Shown: positions 58,120 to 64,000 of the stretch, piece by piece | Layout of the letters: each line of letters begins with the position of its first letter | How positions within the stretch are numbered: position 1 is the first letter of the stretch | Assembly: GCA_035701825.1 (NCBI GenBank) | Contig: DASSRK010000088.1 | Location: 796 to 64,795 of the forward strand | Direction: 5' to 3' | Source of the DNA: Steroidobacteraceae bacterium | GTDB taxonomy: Bacteria > Pseudomonadota > Gammaproteobacteria > Steroidobacterales > Steroidobacteraceae | Length of the DNA stretch: 64,000 nucleotides | Program-made: the position numbers and the translations under genes | Notes under the pieces: generated by a model | The model's database searches: none | Told to the model about the DNA's origin: nothing | What the model saw: the letters and a program-made list of their open reading frames with translations, nothing else

Positions 58120-59604
58120 ATGGAACGTCTGCGTACAAAAATAGACACGCGTCCAGCAACTCGACAGCTGAAAAACGCAGTCCTCGCCCTGGTGTTGGCG
58201 GCGGGCGTTTTTCCGGGGGCCCACGCCCAGGAGGCTGCCGCGGCGCCGCCCGCCCTCACCGGCCGTCCGCTGGCCGAAGTCATCGATGAATACGTGCGCG
58301 AAGGGCTCGCCTCGAACCTGAGCCTGCAAGCGCAGTCGCTCGAAGTCGAACGCGCCAACGCGGCGCTCGACGCGGCGCGTGCGCGCTACTTCCCGGAGCT
58401 CGGCTTCGCCGCGCGCTATTCCAGGTCGCAGGGCGGGCGCGAAATCGAACTGCCGCTCGGCGACATGCTCAACCCCGCGTACCAGACACTCAACGAACTG
58501 CTGGTGGCGCAGGGCCAGCCGCCGCGCTTCCCGACGCTGCAGAACGAGACCATCTCGTTCCTGCGCGAGACCGAGCAGGACACGCGCATCACGTTGCGCA
58601 TGCCGCTCATCGCGCCGGCAATCCCCGCCGCGGTGCGCGCGCAGCGCGAGCTGCTCGGCGCCAGCGAATATTCGCGCGTGGCGCTGGCGCGGCGCCTCAA
58701 GCGCGACATCACGGTGGGTTACCTGCGCTGGCTCATGGCGGTCCGCAACCAGGGCATCGTCGATGCCAGCGTCACGCTGCTCAACGAGAACCTGCGGGTC
58801 AACGAGTCGCTGAACCGCAACGGCAAGATCACGCAGGACCAGGTGCTGCGTGCGCGCGCCGAGCTGCTGCAGGTCACCCAGCAGTCGCGCGATGCGCAGA
58901 ACCTCGCCGCGCAGGCGCAGAGCTATCTCAACTTCCTGCTGAACCGCCCGCTCGATACGCCGCTGGAAAATGCCGAGATCGCGACCGGGGTCACCGCCAC
59001 CACGCGCGCCCTGTCGGAGTTGCGCCAGGCGGCGATCGACAACCGCCCGGAGCTCGCCGAGCTGGCGCACCTGAAGCGCGCCAGCGAGGCGCAGACCAGC
59101 ATCGCGAAGGCCGACCGGTGGCCGACCCTGTCGCTCGGCGCCGATGGCGGCATCCAGGGCGAGGAATACGAGTTCGGCAAGGGCTCGAACTACTACACCG
59201 TGTCGCTGCTGCTGAACTGGACCTTCTTCGACGGCGGCGCGCGGCGCGCGGCCGTGCGCCAGGCCGATGCCGCGGCGCGCCGCACGGCCACGCAGTACGA
59301 CGAGCTCACCCAGCAGGTGCAGCTCGAAGTGCAGCAGTCGCTCGACCGCCTCAACGCCAGCGCCGATTCGCTGGCCACCGCCGCGGCGCGCTCCGAGGCC
59401 GCGCGCGCCGCGTTCCGCATCGCCAGTCGCAAGCGCGACGAGGGCGTGATCAGCCAGGTGGAATTCATCGACGCGCGCTCGAGCCTCACCGGCGCCGAGC
59501 TCAATCTCAACGTCACCCGTTTCGAAGTGCTCGCCCGCCAGGCCGAGCTCGACTACGCCACTGCCGCGGGCACCCTGCCCCTGGGACCTTCGCATGCACG
59601 CTAA
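58120..59604 (+). CDS. TolC-family outer membrane efflux protein
   Basis: 494 aa with a signal peptide and two OEP repeats (NLSLQAQSLEVERA...; RPELAELAHLKRASEAQ...). Confidence 0.88.
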   Translation: MERLRTKIDTRPATRQLKNAVLALVLAAGVFPGAHAQEAAAAPPALTGRPLAEVIDEYVREGLASNLSLQAQSLEVERANAALDAARARYFPELGFAARYSRSQGGREIELPLGDMLNPAYQTLNELLVAQGQPPRFPTLQNETISFLRETEQDTRITLRMPLIAPAIPAAVRAQRELLGASEYSRVALARRLKRDITVGYLRWLMAVRNQGIVDASVTLLNENLRVNESLNRNGKITQDQVLRARAELLQVTQQSRDAQNLAAQAQSYLNFLLNRPLDTPLENAEIATGVTATTRALSELRQAAIDNRPELAELAHLKRASEAQTSIAKADRWPTLSLGADGGIQGEEYEFGKGSNYYTVSLLLNWTFFDGGARRAAVRQADAAARRTATQYDELTQQVQLEVQQSLDRLNASADSLATAAARSEAARAAFRIASRKRDEGVISQVEFIDARSSLTGAELNLNVTRFEVLARQAELDYATAAGTLPLGPSHAR

Positions 59605-60706
59605 CAAGAGAAATGGAAGTCTTCTCCCCGTCACCACCGCGCTGTTGGGCGCGACGCTGCTGCTCGCCGCGTGCGGCAAGGGAGACGCCCCCGAGCCGGC
59701 GCGCGCCACGCCGGTGCGCATCGAGCACGCCGGCCAGGGGCCGGCGGTGCCGCCGATCGACACCAGCGGCATCGTGGTCACGAAGCACGAGATGCGCCTC
59801 TCCTTCAAGACGGGCGGCCTCGTGCGCCGCATCTACGTCACGCAGGGCCAGGCGGTGAAGAAGGGCCAGCGCCTCGCCGAGATCGAGCTCACCGAGGTCG
59901 ACGCGCAGGTGGAACAGGCGCGCCAGATGGCGGAGAAGGCGGCGCGCGACCTGAAACGCGGCGAGAACCTCTACGCCGACCAGGTCATCAGCCTCGAGCA
60001 ACTGCAGGACCTGCGCACCCAGTCGGCCATGGCCGCGGCGTCGTACAAGTCCGCGCAATTCAACCTGGGCCACTCGGTGATCATCGCGCCGCGCGACGGA
60101 GTGGTGCTGCGCAAGCTGGTCGAGGAGCGCGAGCTGGTGCCGGCCGGCGCGCCGGTGCTGCTGTTCGGCGAGAGCGATCGCGGCTACGTGGTGCGCGCCG
60201 CGCTCGCCGACCGCGAAATCGTCAACGTGAAGCTCGGCGACAAGGGCGAAATCCGCATGGATGCCTTCCCCGGCCAGGCCATGACCGGCACGGTGGTCGA
60301 GGTGGCGAGCGCCGCCGAGGAACGCACCGGCATGTTCCCCATCGAAGTGCGCTTCGACGAGCCGCCGCAGCGCCTGGTCAGCGGCCTGGTGGCGCGCCTG
60401 CACCTCACGCCGGAGACCGCCGCGCCGCCGCTGACCTACGTGCCCATGGCGGCCCTGGTCGAAGGCGACGGCGACCGCGCCAGCGTGTTCGTGCTGGACG
60501 GCGGCAAGGCGCAGAAGCGCGACGTGCGCGTGGCGTTCATCACCGCGGATTCCATCGCGCTCGAAAGCGGCATCAGCGCCGGTGAGCCCGTGATCACCGA
60601 CGGCGCGCTGTATCTCGCCAACGGCGAGGCGGTCGAGGTGCAGGCCGGCACCCAGCAGGCCAGCAACCGCGAAGTGGACCCTGGCCATGACGAGACCGAA
60701 GAGTAG
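59594..60706 (+). CDS. efflux RND transporter periplasmic adaptor (MFP) lipoprotein
   Basis: 370 aa. Lipobox LLLAAC, and HlyD-like hairpin and barrel motifs. Overlaps the OMP gene by 11 nt. Confidence 0.88.
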   Translation: MHANKRNGSLLPVTTALLGATLLLAACGKGDAPEPARATPVRIEHAGQGPAVPPIDTSGIVVTKHEMRLSFKTGGLVRRIYVTQGQAVKKGQRLAEIELTEVDAQVEQARQMAEKAARDLKRGENLYADQVISLEQLQDLRTQSAMAAASYKSAQFNLGHSVIIAPRDGVVLRKLVEERELVPAGAPVLLFGESDRGYVVRAALADREIVNVKLGDKGEIRMDAFPGQAMTGTVVEVASAAEERTGMFPIEVRFDEPPQRLVSGLVARLHLTPETAAPPLTYVPMAALVEGDGDRASVFVLDGGKAQKRDVRVAFITADSIALESGISAGEPVITDGALYLANGEAVEVQAGTQQASNREVDPGHDETEE

Positions 60707-60730
60707 ACGGAGCCTCGCAGGGAGCGCGCC

Positions 60731-63700
60731 ATGACATTGCTGGAATTTCCGATCCGCCGTTACCAGTTCACGCTGGTGGCGTTCCTGTGCCTGGTGGCGC
60801 TCGGCTGGTTCGCCTTCGACAAGGTGCCGCGCGAGGAGGATCCCTATTTCAAGATCCCGGGCTACACCATCGCGGCTATCTACCCGGGCGCGGATCCCAA
60901 GGACCTGGAGCGCCTGGTCTCGAAGCCGATCGAGGACCGCATCGCCGCGCTCGACGACGTCATGAAGATGGAAACTTCGATCCGCGATGGCGTGTCATTC
61001 ACCGCCATCGAGTTCGAGACCTTCGTCGACGCCGACAAGAAGTACGACGAGGTGACGCGCGAGGTCAACGCGCTGCGGCCGGAGTTCCCGCCGGAGACAC
61101 AGATCGTGATCCGGCGTTTTTCCCCCGGCCTGGTGAACACCATCCAGATCGCGCTGGTGTCCGAGGACGCGCCGTACCGCGAGCTGGAAGACTACGCCCG
61201 CGAGCTCAAGGACACGCTGAAGACTGTGGATGGCGTGCGCACCTCGGAGACCTGGGCCTATCCCGCGCGCGAGCTGCGCGTGGCCCTGGACCTCAAGCGC
61301 ATGGCCGAGCTCAACCTCGCGCCGGCGCAGGTCATCGGCGCCGTGCAGAGCGAGAACGCCAATATCCCCGCGGGGTTCGTCGACCTCGGCTCGCGCAGCT
61401 TCAGCCTCAAGACCTCCGGCTCCTACACCTCGCTCGACCAGGTGCGCGACACCGTGATCGCCTCGGTCGAGGGCCGCATCGTGCGCATCCGCGACGTCGC
61501 CGACGTGAGCTGGAACACTTCCGCCTACAGCTACACCGGCCGCTACAAGGGCAAGCGCGCGGTGTTCGTCACCGCCAACCAGAAGGACGGCTACAACATC
61601 CTGCAGGTGCGCGAGAAGGTGGTCGCCGCGGCCAAGGCCTACGGCGCCAACCTGCCGAAGCGCGTCAGCCTCGAGATCGGCTTCGACCAGTCCGAGAACG
61701 TGCGCCACCGGCTCAACCGCTTGTACACCGACTTCGGCATCGCCATCGCGCTGGTGCTGTTGACGCTGCTGCCGCTGGGGCTGCGCGCCGCGGGGCTGGT
61801 CATGGTCGCGATCCCCCTGTCGCTGTCATTCGGCCTCGCCTGCCTCTATTTCCTCGGCTACTCGCTCAACCAGCTGTCCATCGCGGGCTTCGTCGTGGCG
61901 CTCGGCCTGCTGGTCGACGATTCCATCGTGGTGGTGGAGAACATCGCGCGCCACATGCGCATGGGTTACTCGCGCACCGAGGCCGCGCTGGCCGGCACGC
62001 GCCAGATCTTCGTCGCCATCATCGGCTGCACCGCGACGCTGATCTTCGCGTTCCTGCCGTTGTTGGCGCTCCCCGGCACGCCCGGCAAGTTCATCCGCGT
62101 GCTGCCCATGGCCGTGGTCGCGACCATCATCGGCTCGCTGCTGCTGGCGCTGTTCATCATCCCGTTCCTCGCCAGCCGCGTATTGACGAGCCAACAGGAG
62201 CACGAGAACAAGCTCCTGAAGCGCGTGATGTCGGTCATCCACAACTACTATCGGCCGGCGCTGCACTGGTGCCTGGCGCGGCCGAAGCTGACCGTGGTCG
62301 CTGCCATCGGCGGTTCGCTGCTCCTGTCGGCGGTGCTGGTGCCGGTGATCGGTTCCAGCCTGTTCCCGAAGGCGGATACGCCGCAGTTCCTGGTGCAGGT
62401 GGAATCACCCAACGGCACGGCGCTGGATGAAACCGATCGCGCGCTGCGCTTCGTCGAGGACGAGCTCGGCCGCATGCCGGAGGTGAAGAGCTGGTTCTCG
62501 AACCTCGGCCACGGCAATCCGCAGATCTACTACAACCACATCCAGAAGAACGACGCCGCCAACTACGCCGAAGTGTTCGTGCAGCTCAAGGAGTACGACA
62601 CCGATGAGACTCCGCAGAAGCTGCAGGCGCTGCGCGAGCGGCTGGGCCGCTACGCCGGGGCACATATATATGTGCACGAGTTCGCCAATGGCCCGCCGAT
62701 CTCGGCGCCGATTTCCATCCGCGTCATCGGCGACGACCTCAACGTCATCGAGCAGCTGAGCCACAAGGTCGAGGACCTGGTCAAGGCGACGCCGGGAACC
62801 CGCGACGTCAAGAACCCGCTCAACGTGGCGCGCACCAACCTCAAGCTGCGCATCGATTCGCGAAAAGTGCAGCAGTTGGGCGTGCAGACCGCGGAACTCG
62901 ATCGCGCGGTGCGCCTGGCCGTGTCCGGCATCCCGGTGGGCACGTTCAAGGAGACGACCGGCGAGCAGTACCCGATCGTGGTGCGCACGCCCATCGGCCA
63001 GCACGCCGAATTCTCGGCGCTGGAACAGGTGCGCGTGCCCTCGCTCGGCGGTTCGACGCTGCCGCTGTCGCAGCTCGCGTCACTGGAATTCGAGAAGGCA
63101 CCGACGCTCATCCAGCGCTTCAACCGCGAGCGCGCCATGACCATCGACGCCGACGTGCAGGCCGGCTACAACGTCGGCGAGCTGACGCGCAAGATCACGA
63201 AGCAGCTCGACGCCATGCAATGGCCGCGCGGCTATCACTATTCGCTGGGTGGCGAGAAGGAAGCTTCCGAGAAGGCGTTTGGCGGAATCGGCATCGCCAT
63301 CATCGTCGCGATCTTCGGCATCTTCGCGATCCTGGTGCTGGAGTTCGGCAACTTCAAATCCACGCTGATCGTGCTGACCGTGGTGCCGCTCGGGGTGCTC
63401 GGCGGCCTGATCATGCTGCTGCTGTCGGGCAATGACATCTCGTTCGTGGCGTCGATCGGCTTCGTCGCGCTGGTCGGCATCGAGATCAAGAATTCCATCC
63501 TGCTGGTGGACTTCACCAACCAGCTGCGCGAGCAGGGCGTGCCGCTCGACGACGCCATCGAGCAGGCGGGCGAGATCCGCTTCCTGCCCATCCTGCTGAC
63601 CTCGGCCACGGCCATCGGCGGCCTGCTGCCGCTCGCGCTGCAGAACATCGGCCTGTATTCGCCCATGTCCTGGGTGATCATCGGCGGCCTGATCACCTCG

Positions 63701-63850
63701 ACCCTGTTGGCGCGCCTGGTGACGCCGGTCATGTACAAGCTGATCCCGCCGGCGATTTCGCCCCTGCCCCATTCTCCCGAGGGCGAGGCTGGTGGCACAC
63801 TCGCGGCTCCGGCCGGCGCACTCCCCGCGCCCGCCTCGCGAGTGGAGTAG
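60731..63850 (+). CDS. efflux RND transporter permease (AcrB/CzcA superfamily)
   Basis: 1039 aa with 12 TM and two large periplasmic loops. GLLVDDSIVVVENI and VGIEIKNSILLVDF. Confidence 0.93.
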   Translation: MTLLEFPIRRYQFTLVAFLCLVALGWFAFDKVPREEDPYFKIPGYTIAAIYPGADPKDLERLVSKPIEDRIAALDDVMKMETSIRDGVSFTAIEFETFVDADKKYDEVTREVNALRPEFPPETQIVIRRFSPGLVNTIQIALVSEDAPYRELEDYARELKDTLKTVDGVRTSETWAYPARELRVALDLKRMAELNLAPAQVIGAVQSENANIPAGFVDLGSRSFSLKTSGSYTSLDQVRDTVIASVEGRIVRIRDVADVSWNTSAYSYTGRYKGKRAVFVTANQKDGYNILQVREKVVAAAKAYGANLPKRVSLEIGFDQSENVRHRLNRLYTDFGIAIALVLLTLLPLGLRAAGLVMVAIPLSLSFGLACLYFLGYSLNQLSIAGFVVALGLLVDDSIVVVENIARHMRMGYSRTEAALAGTRQIFVAIIGCTATLIFAFLPLLALPGTPGKFIRVLPMAVVATIIGSLLLALFIIPFLASRVLTSQQEHENKLLKRVMSVIHNYYRPALHWCLARPKLTVVAAIGGSLLLSAVLVPVIGSSLFPKADTPQFLVQVESPNGTALDETDRALRFVEDELGRMPEVKSWFSNLGHGNPQIYYNHIQKNDAANYAEVFVQLKEYDTDETPQKLQALRERLGRYAGAHIYVHEFANGPPISAPISIRVIGDDLNVIEQLSHKVEDLVKATPGTRDVKNPLNVARTNLKLRIDSRKVQQLGVQTAELDRAVRLAVSGIPVGTFKETTGEQYPIVVRTPIGQHAEFSALEQVRVPSLGGSTLPLSQLASLEFEKAPTLIQRFNRERAMTIDADVQAGYNVGELTRKITKQLDAMQWPRGYHYSLGGEKEASEKAFGGIGIAIIVAIFGIFAILVLEFGNFKSTLIVLTVVPLGVLGGLIMLLLSGNDISFVASIGFVALVGIEIKNSILLVDFTNQLREQGVPLDDAIEQAGEIRFLPILLTSATAIGGLLPLALQNIGLYSPMSWVIIGGLITSTLLARLVTPVMYKLIPPAISPLPHSPEGEAGGTLAAPAGALPAPASRVE
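62660..62675. repeat. perfect 16-bp palindrome GCACATATATATGTGC inside the RND permease gene
   Basis: Read directly. It encodes A-H-I-Y-V-H using the rare codons ATA and TAT. Function unknown. Confidence 0.9.
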
Positions 63851-63854
63851 GTGG

Positions 63855-64000
63855 TTGAGATCGGTATTCCTCGACTTCGGCACGGTCAGCCACGACGATC
63901 TCGACACCGCCTCGCTGGAGCGTGTACTCCCGGGCATCGAGCTGTATCCGGCCTCCACCGATGCCGAGGTCGATGAGCGCATCGCCGGCTGCGAGTTCAT
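63855..64000 (+). CDS. D-isomer-specific 2-hydroxyacid dehydrogenase-like protein, N-terminal fragment (3' end outside window)
   Basis: A TTG-initiated frame reads (M)RSVFLDFGTVSHDDLDTASLERVLPGIELYPASTDAEVDERIAGCEF, typical of the glycerate/hydroxypyruvate reductase N-terminus. Confidence 0.5.
   Translation, partial: MRSVFLDFGTVSHDDLDTASLERVLPGIELYPASTDAEVDERIAGCEF

Overview
High-GC (roughly two-thirds G+C by eye) chromosomal segment. Gene content and synteny look gammaproteobacterial (Xanthomonadales/Nevskiales-like; this placement is inference). It is densely packed with about 65 housekeeping or accessory CDS and one tRNA-Arg(CCG). I saw no rRNA, CRISPR array, transposase, phage integrase or obvious defence island.

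Recognisable blocks, in order:
- cytochrome c4 (3' end), dsbA, corA, tRNA-Arg, cytochrome c5
- comM and ubiK on the minus strand
- sigma54-type promoter, glnK, amtB
- algZ-algR-like two-component pair
- dapF, DUF484, xerC, hslVU
- S9 peptidase, ppa, FabH-like KAS III
- gltD-like flavoprotein-ferredoxin fusion, korA, korB, followed by a small ORF and ribosomal protein THX
- DUF971, then ubiE-ubiJ-ubiB
- 1222-aa PAS/GAF hybrid histidine kinase
- seven-gene translationally coupled trpEGDCFBA operon, followed by a Bcr/CflA pump
- RidA-like, 811-aa HerA/DUF853-like ATPase, DUF2780, YajQ cluster
- feoA, feoB, small CxxC membrane protein, BtuF-like binding protein
- TetR, OMP, MFP, RND efflux operon

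Features not in the ORF track that I could read directly:
- a 15-aa Trp leader peptide (MIKNGMSKVWWWRLP) with an intrinsic-terminator attenuator upstream of trpE
- a 37-aa ribosomal protein THX gene overlapped by an unknown 67-aa ORF
- a near-consensus sigma54 promoter ahead of glnK
- a ferredoxin-like gene whose conserved N-terminus lies upstream of any canonical start codon
- several operator-like palindromes
- a set of recurring AT-rich 8-11-mers embedded in coding DNA

I found no unambiguous new system. The tight RidA/HerA-like ATPase/DUF2780/YajQ cluster and the small-ORF/THX pair are the best candidates for uncharacterised biology. All homology calls rest on motif recognition by eye; I ran no searches. 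Most long ORFs antisense to these genes are high-GC artefacts.
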